Shown piece by piece: positions 18,175-33,710 of a stretch of DNA of 64,000 nucleotides. The position numbers were made by a program, and so were the translations under genes. Origin of the DNA: the human T2T-CHM13v2.0 reference genome, Homo sapiens; the NCBI RefSeq assembly GCF_009914755.1, contig NC_060931.1; one strand, given 5' to 3'. The notes beneath the pieces are model-generated. The model saw nothing but the letters and a program-made list of their open reading frames with translations. It ran no database searches and was not told where the DNA came from. Position 1 is the first letter of the stretch; each line of letters opens with the position of its first letter.

Positions 18175-19041
18175 GTATGATTTAATATTTTTACTTTGAA
18201 TCCCTGCCAGTCCAAGTTATGTGTGCACACTAGAACAAGAGTACTAACCATTGGACACATTAAATTACTATGATAATTTTAGAAATTTCTGCTTTGGGCC
18301 CTGTCTAGGTTGTTTATATCAAGTTCTTTAAAAGAAAGTAATGCACCAAATTTCTATCATTCATAGTATTTATGGCTTAATTATGGGTCAAGATTCTGTT
18401 GCCAATTTATAAATCATATTTTTATGGAGAAGTTCAATTGACTTTAACAGAGCGGTGCATGGGATAAATTATGCGAACTGGTTAGAATTTCATAGTCTAG
18501 AAGTATATCAGCCAGGCAGCAGCCCAAAGCCCAAATAATAGTAACTCCCCACTTTGCCACCCATTCATGTGTATAACACTCCTCAGATATTCAGAGTAGA
18601 TTGGGAGGCAGAGGTCATTGAGGAAATTCTCAGTGTTTAAGGAACCAAAAAAGATAAAGATTTTAAGTGAAGATACAAAAATTCTGGAAAAATAATATAA
18701 TTACTCTGGTGACTAATCTTAAGGGGAAAAATTAGGCAGGCACTAGTAACTGTTCTAAAAACTAAGCTCACCAACATCAAAGTTGAGAAACTCAGGTCAG
18801 TTTCAGGAGGCTGGTCAGGACGAGGGTTGAATCACAGGAGATGGTAGCAAATTGGGATCTGCACAGAAAGTAGGGAGGCTGGGCAAATTCCTGCCTTCCG
18901 TGGCACTCAGTGGAGATACCCTCCAAGTCCCACCCATCTGTGGTCTTTACCCACTGCTGAGATCATTGAATTTATGACTATCTCTTCTGCTGCATGGTTA
19001 GAAAGCAAGAATAGGTAAAGCCAGCATGGCCTCAAAATAAG

Positions 19042-19045
<4 letters not shown>

Positions 19046-19077
<32 letters not shown>
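19046..19077. repeat. (GT)16 microsatellite adjacent to a splice acceptor
   Basis: Direct count; ends 11 nt before the exon. Confidence 0.95.
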
Positions 19078-19079
<2 letters not shown>

Positions 19080-19088
19080 CCCCTACAG

Positions 19089-19316
19089 AGAAATGGAAAA
19101 GAAAAAAATTGTCTTGGAACAAGAAGTCAAAACGCTAAATGACTCCCTAAAGAAAGTTGAAAACAAGGTTAGTGCTATAGTGGATGAGAAGGAAAATGTA
19201 ATAAAGGAAGTTGAAGGCAAACGAGCCTTACTTGAAATCAAAGAACGAGAACATAACCAATTGGTCAAGCTATTGGAATTAGCCAGAGAGAATGAAGCAA
19301 CTTCATTAACTGAAAG
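19089..19316 (+). CDS. CCDC146: CCDC146 coding exon (228 nt, phase 2-2) [11 protein letters not shown]...ATSLTE
   Basis: cccctacag| acceptor, GAAAG|gttagt donor; overlaps ORF 19048..19377. Confidence 0.92.
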
Positions 19317-19629
19317 GTTAGTTATATTTATGTATGTTATGTTCTGTCATCTAAATTTTTCTTCAATTTATATTTGAGAATTCAAAATCTCACTTTGGTG
19401 TTGAGTTAATAAATATTTAAAAATAATTTTAAATCAACTTTTACCCTTAATATATTATCAAATAAAGCACTTTGAAGTATTTTTTGATACTTTACTCAAA
19501 TTTTCTCAATTTTCTGTTACCAGATTTTCAGGATATAATCTGTTGTATGTTGTAAGTTTCTGAATGTGCCTTTGGAAAATTTATCACTGGAGTATGTTAT
19601 GTTCAGGGATTTTGCCAACAAATGAATGA

Positions 19630-20006
<377 letters not shown>

Positions 20007-20207
20007 TATGTCCTGCTTTTAAGTAAAATTTCAAGGAAACTGGAGGCTTCTATCTCTGCCAGTCTGTTATTTTTTTGGGGGGTGGGGGTTATAAGACTGC
20101 AGTTCTAAATGATACCAACTCACAAACCTAGTTGCCTTTGGCATTATTTACAATTTATGATTCCAACATGAGAATAGTCATGTGTGTATATACTGAGCAT
20201 GCTGTCT

Positions 20208-21085
<878 letters not shown>

Positions 21086-21199
21086 TTGCCAGAAGAGATT
21101 GGGAGCCAATATTCAGCATGCTGTCTTGATAAGTTTTGAAAAACATTTAGGACAGCTGATAACAAAATCATTTTCTTCTTCTTCCTTTACCTGGAACAG

Positions 21200-21386
21200 A
21201 GGGATCTTGGATCTCAATTTACGCAACAGTCTCATTGACAAGCAGAACTACCATGATGAACTTTCTCGTAAGCAAAGAGAGAAAGAACGAGATTTTCGAA
21301 ATTTAAGAAAGATGGAACTGCTCTTGAAAGTGTCCTGGGATGCACTTAGGCAAACTCAAGCACTGCATCAAAGGCTTCTATTAGAG
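21200..21386 (+). CDS. CCDC146: CCDC146 coding exon (187 nt, phase 2-0) GILDLNLRN...HQRLLLE
   Basis: ctggaacag| acceptor, GAG|gtgagg donor; overlaps ORF 21027..21437. Confidence 0.92.
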
Positions 21387-22195
21387 GTGAGGGCTGTAAA
21401 CTACCATCTGATTTTTAAGCTCGGTGCTAACTTTTGAAGTAAAAATATTTTAGGAAGTTGTTTTTGCTGCCAGTAGAGAAGAAGAAAATACAAGTAACAG
21501 AGAAAAGGTAATTTTCAAATGCGTCAAGCCTATTATGAAATCTATAGTCCTATAATGTTTCGTAATCTCATTTTTCTAACCCAAGATTAGAGAAATGTCT
21601 TGTTTGGATCAGTCATCCTTCAGCCTGACCTGGGGAAATGACTGGACTATCCAGTTCTAGAAGAGCTAGAGGGTTCACTGCAGAATGGGGCCAAGTGGAT
21701 CATTATTTTCACCAGTTGAAGGAGTCAGATCCGGCATGGTGTCATGGCAGACTATAACAGTGAAGGACTAGATCAAATTACATAGACATAGATGATCAGC
21801 AGCCTGCACTTCCGACTAGCCAAGGGCAATCCAGAACCCAATATCAGGCTGCCTGGCTAATTCTGTGCAGGGTCAGAGGTGTACTCCAGTCAGAAGATGC
21901 TCAAGACAACTGTTACCTGCCTCTGTGTTCCCAAGTGAGGGGTCTGGTTGCCCCTGGCTCTCTTTTCTCTCAGAGGGCACTCCCTGTGGTAAATGACCAA
22001 GCGCCACTGAAAGGGCAGAGGATCCTTGAGAGGGCTTCAGCCTTGTGCTAGAGCCTTCCTTGAGCGAAAAAGGGGTCAGCCTCTGAGATGAAGCAGCTAG
22101 GTGTATAGAAACCTTCCCCATTCTCTTCAGGACTGTCATGCTCCAGAACCTTATGGAGGGTCATGACCTAAGAAATTTGAACAGGAGTTTCCAGC

Positions 22196-22600
22196 TGTGG
22201 TAGACACCTCTGATCCTAACCTATGCCTAGTTCTCCTCTCCTCCTGGGCACATAGAAAGTTTATACTTCCTTGCACCCTTTGCAGTTGAGCAGAGTCATA
22301 TAACTCATTCTGGCCAGAGGATTGTAGACAAAAGTGACACGTGTCACTTCCAGCCTATAACATCTAATTGCCAATGTGAGACCCTCTAGCTGTTTTTCCC
22401 TCTCCTGTGGTAATTGTGGAAGTGCATGACACCATGGAGGTGCTGTAAAATGGGAGCAGCCGGGAATGCTGAGCCAACAGTGGTCTCAGAGTCCTCTTGA
22501 TTGCCCACCGGCTTTGTAGGAAACAGCTTTGGTAGTTCGAAGCCATGATATTTGGAGGTCGTTTATTTCTGTAGCATAACTTAGCCTGTCCTGACTGAAA
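22196..22600 (+). mobile_element. MLT1 LTR
   Basis: tgtggtagac...gcataacttagcctgtcctgactga termini. Confidence 0.65.
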
Positions 22601-22698
22601 GACCAACCTTAAGCAACATGTGTGAAAAAATCGGTTAGGGTTATGAGTGTTACGAACAACTAGGACTTGGACTTCGTCTTGCTGTCAGATGGCACTTA

Positions 22699-23638
<940 letters not shown>

Positions 23639-26070
23639 CTATTTACCGTCACTCTTTCTGTGTCCTCATTTTGGTGTGTCTCATATACACAGCACATACT
23701 TTTCAAAATCTAGTCTGATAAGTTCTGCCTTTTTAAATTCTTGTATTTAGTCTAAAAATTAATACTTAATGTAATTGTGGATATATTTGTCCTTATTCTG
23801 TGATATTACTTTTGCTTTCTCTGTATCCCATCCGCTTCATGTTCCATTTTCTCTCCCACATTTCCTTCCTTGGGATTAATCAACGTTTCATATAGTTCTG
23901 CTATCCTTGTTTTAGATATGCATCAGTTAGTTTTACATTCTATTTCTATTCTTTGGGTGGTTACCCTGAAGATTACAACAGTCATCTTTGACTTACTAGA
24001 GTCAAATATAAGTTATTTGTATTTTTACTACTTCCAAGACAGTGCTAATACCTTTGATGATTTTAACTTTACTAACCTTTGCAACTCTTATGCCCTCAAA
24101 CATATTTTCACTCCAACTTTCCAAGTTATTCTTGTTGGAAGCATTGGTTTACTATAAGCTACTCCATCTTAGCCCGAAGCACAGCACGTTAGGATGTTAA
24201 ATTGGAACTTTGGGCAAACACAGACCCTGTGGCCACCCCTCCTCAGTCATAGTAAGATTTATAGTAGACCGCAGTTATAATGTCCATTCAAAGTACTGAC
24301 GGAAACCTCAGTGTAATGAGTAAGACTCTTAAAACCAGCAAGTGTTGCTTGTACTAATAAAACAATTCCTGTTTATTGATCAAATAACTGTTCAGTAAGA
24401 TTTCTTTAAACAATGGGATAAAATGTATAATTACCTTTAATAACCAATTTTGGTAGTTATGGTAGTAAGTAAAGTTAATCCATTCAATATGCTTCTAATG
24501 CTGAATCATCAAAGCATTCTTAATATTGAAGAGTAAGGTAACCTAAATAGAAGCAATAATTTGTCTCATAAATTAATACTTCTTAGCTCAAGAAGGGTTA
24601 TACATTGGTAAAAATCACAAGATTGGTTCTAAAAGACTACACACAAAAAAACAGACTTAGGTTCACTTCTACCAGAAAATCTAGATTAAGTACCATAGAA
24701 GGGACACATAAACCTAATACACAATGTAATCCTACTACTTCCACTTCTAGTTAAAATAGAAAACATTGTGATGGACCATCGTTTCTGCTATACCAGCCAG
24801 AAAGAAATCAATAAACTAAAAATCACATATTTTTAAGAGACATATGCAAGTAGGAAGTAAATTCCACAAAGGCATCATCACTTCCTGGTGAGCAGAAACA
24901 GGTGGCCTTTTGCCTCCCTGAGACATTTGCCAAGTCGAGACTTGGGCAGGTGGAAGATTTGCCTGCCATAGGCAGAAAGACTTTGCTGGGGTTAGTCAAA
25001 ACCATCAGAGCTTTTAATGACCATGTGTGTTGGCATGACAAAGTGGAATGAATTACTTAACCAAAGACATCATACTGTCATGTAATATCACACATGACGG
25101 TATACCTCTGCATTTAAACATGGCTCTTATTGACTTCCACGTGGCACTGAAAAGAAAGAAAACCATGATTCCTAGGATTTTGCTCTGACACCATCATGTT
25201 GTAGGGGTTAGAATATCATGAGTCTGTGAAGTTATTCGCTTTCTAAACATAAGATCATGTCCAAGATTGTGACAATGACAAAATCCTCTTACCAAGTGAA
25301 TATGACACTTTCTATATACTGTAATTTTTCTTTAATTATAGTTTTCTAGCAATTTCATCTCCCTTTGCTCTGATTTAAAAGTGGTTCTGCATTTTTCTCT
25401 CTTCATGACTCATTTCAGTGTTGAAGGCAATGATAACCACATACTATACTGAGAAGAGCTTCACCTTTGAGTCAGGCACAGTCAGGTTCAGATTCTAGAT
25501 CCATTGAATTCCTACCTATGTTACTTGTTTCCAAACCTTTGAATTGGGATTATTGCAAAAAATGAGTGACTGCAAATGGGAAAGTGTGTGGTACCGAGAA
25601 GATACTCAGTAAATATTGCCTTCCTTCCTTTATACATATGAACTCTTTGAAAGGCTATAAAGTAAATGGTATAGTCAGAATGACACTGTGAATATGGCTA
25701 TTTTATTCATATGGAGAAGATGACATCATCAGGCCCTACTGATAAACCCCGGAAATGCCTCTCAGTACCCACTCTGCATTACCTAAATGACTGCAGCTCT
25801 ACACCAGCTGTTCTCCATAGGTCCAGCTCCTTTCATGTCCAATTTTTCCTCCATCTTAGCCCAAAGCACAAATTTATATTCTTAAGTGACACATTCATGT
25901 GTCACTCACCTGCTCAAGACATTCAATGGATCCTTAATTCACATAATCACAGAATGAAGGAACCAAGAGGAATCTTAAAGATCATACTATAAAAGCAAAC
26001 AGGTTTCATCTCAAATGCCAGCTCCCTCCATTTGGGGGTAGCTCCCTGTAGTGATGATAATGCAAAGGAA

Positions 26071-26370
26071 TTTTTTTTTTTTTTTTTGATACAGAGTCTC
26101 ACTCTGTTGCTGAGGCTGGAGTACAGTGGCACCGTGTCGGTTCACTGCAACCTCTGTCTCCTCAGTTCAAGCAATTCTCTTGCCCTCAGCCTCCTGAGTA
26201 GCTGGGATTACATGCACCCACCACCAAGCCCAGCTAGTTTTTATATTTTTAGTAGAGATGGGGTTTCACCATGTTGCCCAGGCTAGTCTCAAACTCCTGA
26301 CCTCAGGTGATCCACCTGCCTCGGCCTCCCAAAGTGCTGGGATTACAGGTGTGAGCCACCGCGCCCGGCC
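26071..26370 (-). mobile_element. AluS
   Basis: Alu consensus; tgcaaagga on both sides. Confidence 0.9.
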
Positions 26371-26989
26371 CAATATTGCAAAGGATTCTGAGGCCCAGTG
26401 CTGACTTGTCAGATAGAAGCTCTGTAGTTGATTGGTGATGTCTGCCCCAGGCATAGAAAGTCTGTCCATGTATTTCCCATTCCTAATCAAGTCATCTTCC
26501 TAATCAAGCGCTGTTTCTTCAGCCAGTTCTTTTGGTATATCTTCATACCCCAAGTAACATGCTTATGATGCTGCTACTTGAGTTTTCAGTTGTAGACTTG
26601 ATCTTTTTTTTTTTTAATCACTATAAAAGATGAGGATTCAGCCCTCTTTAGACCCCTGTTCATCACAAATACATTTCTTGTCCCTCTGTATACACGGTAT
26701 TCTCATGTCATAATTTTGATTAGTTCAGAATTTGTTATTATTATGAACATATAAAGGCTATTCGTGCCTGAGCCATGTGATATTATATAATTACCCTTAC
26801 AAAATTTTGTGTTCCCAGGAATTTATAAACATCCTGTTTTTACACTTTTATAGTTTTCGGTGTGCTTATCAGTTCAATCCCAAATTCTTCTCCAATTATA
26901 TAAATCTCCTCTCAGTATATTAAAACACATTTGATGGCCTATTCATTTACTCTTCTTGAAGAAATCTCTTCTAAGCCTCATCAATGACC

Positions 26990-27520
26990 TCTAGCCAAAG
27001 ACTAACAGGAATACATCAGCAGTTGAATGAGCTGAGTTTATTACATATTGCAGCAAGGGAGAACACACGCCATGGAGAATTGTAGGGAGTCTCAATAGAG
27101 GGTATTAGAAAGGACTTACAGGATATGTGTCATGTGACTTGAGGAACGGTTTAAAGAAATGGGACTTTGCCCTGAATTAGGATGTTCTCAGGAAATGAGA
27201 GTAATTCTGTGGTAGAGTATCTTAAATTTTACCTAGAAAAAGAAAAGATTAGATGGAGACCAAAACTGTGATTGTTAAACAAAGCTATACAAGGGGAATT
27301 TATGGTATTTTGTGGCTTGGACAATGTTCATGTTTTTGTCTATGTTCAAATACAGTTATGGAGTGGCCTTGTTTTTGTCCTGATCCATCATGATTACAGA
27401 GGGGCTTTGTCTGAAGTTGATGTTCTGGGCAATTGTTTATGTTCAACAGGGGAATACCAAGGCCTACCTATGAGTACCAGTTCTGCTCCTGGATATCAGG
27501 GGCTGCCTTTTTCTTTCTCA
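26990..27520 (-). mobile_element. ERV1-type LTR (family uncertain)
   Basis: gtttattacatattgcagcaagggagaacac motif; interrupts L1M-like sequence. Confidence 0.45.
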
Positions 27521-30159
27521 GCCTTCTGACTTGTTCCAAAGTAGTCCATTTCTGTATGTGCTTACTGCACTGCTCTCATTCTAGGAGCCTTACTCCATCA
27601 TCTTGCTGATGCCCTTCACCTCTCTTCCGACTCTATTTCATGGGTCTCATCTATTTTATTCTCTTAGCTTACCCCCTTTTGGAGGAGGGGACATGCCTTC
27701 CAGTAGCTTCATGAGAAAAATGTTAGTGAAAAAGTAATTGTTTAAGACTTTGTGTGTTGGAAATTGTATGTCAGAAGACCTTGCATGCTAAAAAATATTT
27801 TACCCTCACACTAGCCATACAGACAATTAGTGCTTTAATTGGATATGGAATTTTAGGTTGGAAATCATTTTCCCTCAGGAAAAAGGCATTAGATTAACTG
27901 CCTTCTAGCTTCACTATGAAGAAGATTTGATGTCATTCTAAATATTGATCCTTTATTTGAAGCCATTTTTTTTTCCATGCTGGGAAATTTGTAGGATCTC
28001 TTACTTGCCTCCAGAATTTTTACATTTTACAATGATGTTCCCATTGTATCCATCGTGTGGGGCACTGAATGGGTTCTCTGTCTATGGAAGTATATGTCCT
28101 TCCAAAGTTCTGATACTTTGTCTTGGATTATTTAATTTTGTCCATTTGATTTTCTCTATTCTGTCTTGGATTCCTTTTACGCAGATGTTGGACCTTCTAA
28201 AACAGTCCTCTAATTTTCTTTTTTCTTTTATTTTCCTTTCTTTTTTGTCATTTGACTTGCTAAAAGAGAAATTTCCTCAAGTTTTCCTTTCAACCCTTCT
28301 ACTCTTTCATTATGCTATCATACTTTATATTTCCTTGTGCTCTCTTTGTTCTCTGGATGTTTCTTTTTCATAGTATCTTTAATCTCTTATCTCATTGAGG
28401 CTATTAATGATGGTTTCTTTTTCTTCTTCTTTTCCTAAATAAGACTTTTTCTCCGTGTTTTTTCTGTATTTTTCTTTTTTTGTTTTTGTCTCTTTCTTTT
28501 TAGAAACTTTCCTCCAATATATGGTAATTCTTGGCTATCTGCTTATATTTAAGCATGGGCTGCTATAAATCTAATTGGAAGCTGTCTGTGATGGTGAGGC
28601 TTGTCACTGTAGTTTGATCTGACTGGACACAAAATATGTGAGGCATGGCCTTTGACCGAAGAGGAGTTTGCAGTGGAATGCGCACAAGTTGTTCAGATTT
28701 TAACAAATATTATAAAAGCTATTTATATTATGACACTACTAGCTATTAAGTCCACAAAATAGCACCCATTGAATATAAAACTAAGCACCCATAGAATATA
28801 AAACTAACAGAAATTAAAGTGTATTAGAATCCTTTTCCTTTGTTGATTTTAAGAAAAATCTGGTTTTGTTCTAGTACAGTTTCAGTGAGAGACTAACTTC
28901 CTCTTTGACCCTGTGATTTATAATTAGCCCAGCCACTGCCCACAGCTGGCAGTACTTGAAAACAGGAGTGGGTCAGGCCAGGCACTCCCAGCCCAAGTGA
29001 ACATTTTTTCAGACTTGCATGCAATCCAAAACTAAAAGAGATAAAAGGTAAACATGAAGAGCTCTAGCTATTCTTCAGAATGTATTTCCCCCCAGAGACA
29101 GTTGTTTGATTCTCCTATGGCGTTTGACTTGTACATAGAGACTCTCCCAGAAACTCAAGGTACAAGCCTCATGAAAGGTTGGAATGCTTTAGAAAAATAT
29201 CAAAGTGTTAAGCTGAGGTTCACTGATATCAAATAATTGGGATATTTACAGCAACAAGTAATGTCTAATTTCTTAACTTTTATGAAAGTTACCGATGATT
29301 ATTCATGCATTGAAAATGCCTGGAAGAACAGACACCAAAACTATTAATAGTGACTCCTGGGGAGTAGTACTTGAAGCAGCAGAGGTAGGAAGCAGATTTT
29401 TTTTTTTTTTTTACTTTACACATTTCTGTTGTTTGGTCACAATCACAATAAATACATTTTTAAATGTGAAATGCTACACTATAAAAACTAAAAGAACTAT
29501 CATAAGCTTACAAAACCTGATATATGCAGTTTGGGGCTCAAAAGAAATGGAAAATATCTCAAGTAACTCCAGACCATGTAGTTAGAACTTTGATACTTGA
29601 TAGTTATTTTCCTCCCACATTAATGGAGACTTCAGTCTAACTCCAGCCTATTTTCCAGATTACCTTGGGAAGGTTTCCTTTCAAGAGAAACACCTATTAG
29701 GTTAGGTTTGCAATTTGGCCTCAATGAGTAATAGAAACTCAACTATAATGATTTTGCTAAATAGGGAGTTGTTTTACTCACTTAATAAAAAGAGCACAGG
29801 TAGGCACAACCGGTTATTTCACATAATGAAAAGTCTAGGATCCTTTTAGCTCCCCTTTCAGTCAACCTTAGTGTGTACATTGTTTCTCCATGGTCAGAAA
29901 ATGGCTATTCCACCTTAAGCATAAACTGGCAAAAGGAGGAGGAAGGGCAACGAGCAAAAGACATAAATGATTGCTGGCTTGGCCAGCTCCTTTTAACAGG
30001 AAAACAGCCACTTTCCCAGGACCCCTCCTCACAGACTTCCACTTACATTTCATTGGCTTGTCTTAGCTCATATGGGCACCCCCAGCTGCAAAGAAGTGTG
30101 AGGACTCCTGGATACATTGCAGCTCTGGAAAAAAAAAAAAAAAAACAGCATTCTGTTGC

Positions 30160-30586
30160 TGTCGTGGTTAATACTAAATGTCAATTTGATTGGCTTGAAG
30201 GATACAAAGTATTGATCCTGGGTGTGTCTGTGAAGGTGTTGCCAAAGGAGATGAACCTTTGAGTCAGTGGGCTGGGGAAAGCAGACCCACCCTTAATCTG
30301 GGTGGGCACAATCTAATCAGCTGCCGGTGTGGCTAGACTATAAACAGGCAGAAAAATGTGAATGAGAGACCGGCCTAGCCTCCCAGCCTACATCTTTCTC
30401 CCGTGCTGGACCCTTCCTGCCCTCGAACATCGGACTCCAAGTTTCTTCAGTTTTGGGACTCAGACTGGCTTTCCTTCCTCCTCAGCTTGCAGATGGCCTA
30501 TTGTGGGACCCTGTGATCCTGTGAGTTAATACTTAATAAACTCCCCTTTTTATTATATATATATATATATACACACACACTAATAG

Positions 30587-30629
<43 letters not shown>

Positions 30630-30655
30630 AGATACAAAGAACCCTGACTAATAGA
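30160..30655 (+). mobile_element. MLT2A (ERVL) solo LTR with internal (TA)n, nested in an older MLT1 LTR
   Basis: gtggttaatact...gaaccctgactaata termini; 5-bp TSD gttgc at 30155-30159 and 30656-30660. Confidence 0.85.
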
Positions 30656-32119
30656 GTTGCTAAGATCAAGGTGGAGGGTAGCTATTGGCTAGGCAACCAG
30701 GAGGCTCTGCTACCAATGGCTTATCATGTCACCTCTTCCACAAGCCAAGCCTACCTAATTCCTGCCTGAAACTAGAGAGCTGGGCTTTACAGAGAATTTA
30801 AAATGGTATCAGAGAAGCAGTAGCCAGAGTTCAAAAATGAATACAATTTATTGAAGTATTGTTTGTGTTTCAAAATATTGGAAATAACCAAAGTGTCTAG
30901 ACCTCAAGCCAGAAAAATCTGTCGAGAGCCTTTAGTTGACATAGTAGCTAGTGAGTGTGTTCTCATCATATTTTCTGTCGAAACCTCATAAGGGTTCCTG
31001 GGCCCTGTTATTCACGTTTAGATCTGCCGACACCCGGGAGCTGAGCATGAGGACAGCCCACTCCAGGCACACCTGTAGCAGAGAATCAGACAGGGACCCA
31101 GGATGTTTGCTGGAGTTCCTCTATCCAGGAGGTCTTAACTTGACTTTCCTAAAGGAGAAATCAACACTTCCTTGATGAATATTCACATCTTCCAGGAAGG
31201 CTTTCCCAATTATTCAATTCTATACTGAGTTCTCCCTTTTCTGATCTGCTATAGCAATTTTATGTTTGTTAAGCCCACAACATTCTGTATATTGTCAGAC
31301 ATGTTTCACAAGACCACATCTCGTTTTCCTAAGTCCAGTGTGTGCATCTCAAGAGCTAGTGCTCCAGGGTAGGAGACCCAATGGAAAAGCAGGACATGGA
31401 CACCTGAGGGTACAGAAGGTGCTACTGAAGATACCCTGATTCATGGATGATGGGGCATCCAAAGACACACTTTAGTGACTTTAACATAGCAGCATGATCC
31501 TCAAAAAGATCCTGTTAAGTAACCTTCAAATCACTAGACAGTGTGATATTCCTTTCTTGGGTCTAAATTTTGGCCATTATTCAACCTTAGGGCCTACAAG
31601 TGTGTGCTGTCACAGTAGGAACTGAACCACATCAGATTGGAGTCATGTGCTTTTGGTGTAAATAGCCAACTCTAAACTTGCTCTAAGTCAAGTAGGCTGG
31701 AAGCACCCCAAGATGACCCTCCCTGTAGCCTTGAATGGTACCCTTTCCCCATCAGCTGCCACATGTCCTCCTCTCTACTCTCGTCTTCATCACAAAGAAT
31801 CTGACAAGCTCATTCCTAATAGGGCAACAAAGACTTAAAGAGTGAGATTTGCCTTTTCCCTAAAGTACGTCAACACAGGAGAAAAGTGCAAGCCGTTACA
31901 ACAGAAATGTAATGGTGAAATTTTAGGTATCAACCAAAAAGTTGAGGCTTTTCTTTTGTGTAAGAAATTTCCAGCTACTAATCAAATGACTATATATAAG
32001 TAGCAAACTATCCCCACTATTATTAATAAATTACATATTTTTCTTTATCCTATACAATTTCATAAATGTACTCACATTTTATAATAACTATAATTTGAAT
32101 AGTCATAGTATATTCATGT

Positions 32120-32370
32120 CTCCAAAGTGCTGGGTCATGAGTTAGATGAGTTAGGCAGATCATGGGTTCCAAGTCTACCTCCCTGGGTTTACACCTGCAC
32201 CATTGAGGCAAGTTGCTTAAATGTGTTTGTGCCTCATTCTCTTCATCTGTACAATTGGAGAAAATATTCCCCACCTCATGAGGGGTATTGTAATGATGAA
32301 ATAAGATCGTATACACAGGCATTTAGAACCTTGCTGGACACTTGGTTTATGTTCAATAAATGTTAGCTAT
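32120..32370 (+). mobile_element. MIR
   Basis: ggcaagttgcttaa...catctgta core. Confidence 0.7.
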
Positions 32371-32563
32371 TAGTAAGATTTATTTCTAAATAATAAACAT
32401 TTGCAGCTGGCAAATTATAGATTTTTGGCAGGTCTTCATATTTTAATTTGCCATGGCTTATAAAGAATATTTGGCATAAAGGGAAGTTCTTATAAGATTG
32501 AGATTCGTGATTTGCTCAGCATTTTCAAAAAGTGTGTGATGAGGTTGACTACACAGCAGTGAA

Positions 32564-32705
32564 TTTTATTTATTTATTTATTTATTTATTTATTTTCAGA
32601 CAGAGTCTCACTCTGTCACCCAGGCTGGAGTGCAGTGGCACGATCTCAGCTCACTGCAACTTCTGCCTCCCGGGTTCAAGCAATTCTCTGCCTCAGCCTC
32701 CCAAA
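32564..32705 (-). mobile_element. Truncated Alu arm ending ~46 nt upstream of an exon
   Basis: (TTTA)n tail plus Alu right arm. Confidence 0.85.
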
Positions 32706-32751
32706 GATTTATTTCTTACATAAATGCATGTTTTTAAATTTTGATTTCCAG

Positions 32752-32847
32752 ATGGAAGCTATCCCCAAAGATGATTCTACATTATCTGAGAGAAGGCGAG
32801 AGCTTCACAAGGAAGTTGAAGTAGCTAAGAGGAATTTGGCCCAACAG
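32752..32847 (+). CDS. CCDC146: CCDC146 coding exon (96 nt, phase 0-0) MEAIPKDD...RNLAQQ
   Basis: gatttccag| acceptor, CAG|gttaat donor. Confidence 0.92.
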
Positions 32848-33289
32848 GTTAATATCAATGCTCATTTAAGCTTCTATCTAAGAAGCGTTCATACAAAGTT
32901 GTGCTTTTAACTGTGCTCCACAAAACCTTATCAATAAGAGAGTCATCAAAGAGAGTATGATCCTGCTTCATGTGGGCATATTTCTTCATCTCAAAGTCCA
33001 CTCCAATCCTACACTAAATTTGAGAAAAAAGAATATGTTTGAACCGCAAAAAGTATTCAAAGGAATGAGATTTTTAAATTATGGGCTGTTGATTACATTA
33101 AAAGTAAACCACAGATGTTTTATTTCACCAATGTCTAATTTCAAATTTTCGTTTGTTTTTATGTGTCTTCTTTTTCTTAGTCACTTGAAAATACAGTCTA
33201 AATACAAAGAGGTTCTATCATGTTAACCCATCGATTTTCACATTATTTTACAAAATGAAAACAATGAAGCTAAAACACCATTACTTTAT

Positions 33290-33426
33290 TTTTAATTTTT
33301 ATTTTTTTTATAGAGAGGGATCTTGCTATGTTGCTCAGGCTGGTCTTGAACTGCTGGCCTCAAGTCATCATCCTGCCTCAGCCTCCCAAAGGCTTGAATT
33401 ACAGGCGTGAGCCACCACACCTGGCC
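33290..33426 (-). mobile_element. Alu monomer (FLAM-like)
   Basis: Single left-arm sequence. Confidence 0.8.
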
Positions 33427-33539
33427 TGTTTAAAAAAATACATTTTGTATAGGAAGTAAAAAGGTAGTCTAAGATACTAGCTTTACTGTATTACTTCAAA
33501 CAAATAACTTATAATATTATCTGTGTTTTTTTTCAAAAG

Positions 33540-33710
33540 AAAATTATATCAGAAATGGAGTCTAAGTTAGTAGAACAACAACTTGCAGAAGAAAACAAGC
33601 TTTTAAAGGAGCAAGAAAACATGAAAGAGCTAGTAGTCAACCTTCTCCGCATGACTCAAATCAAAATTGATGAAAAGGAACAAAAGTCCAAGGATTTCCT
33701 GAAAGCTCAG
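33540..33710 (+). CDS. CCDC146: CCDC146 coding exon (171 nt, phase 0-0) KIISEMESK...DFLKAQ
   Basis: ttttttttcaaaag| acceptor, CAG|gtaact donor, open frame. Confidence 0.9.

Noticed and set aside
27945-28373. 142-aa hydrophobic ORF
   Set aside because: T-rich antisense L1M-like sequence gives spurious F/L/S-rich frames
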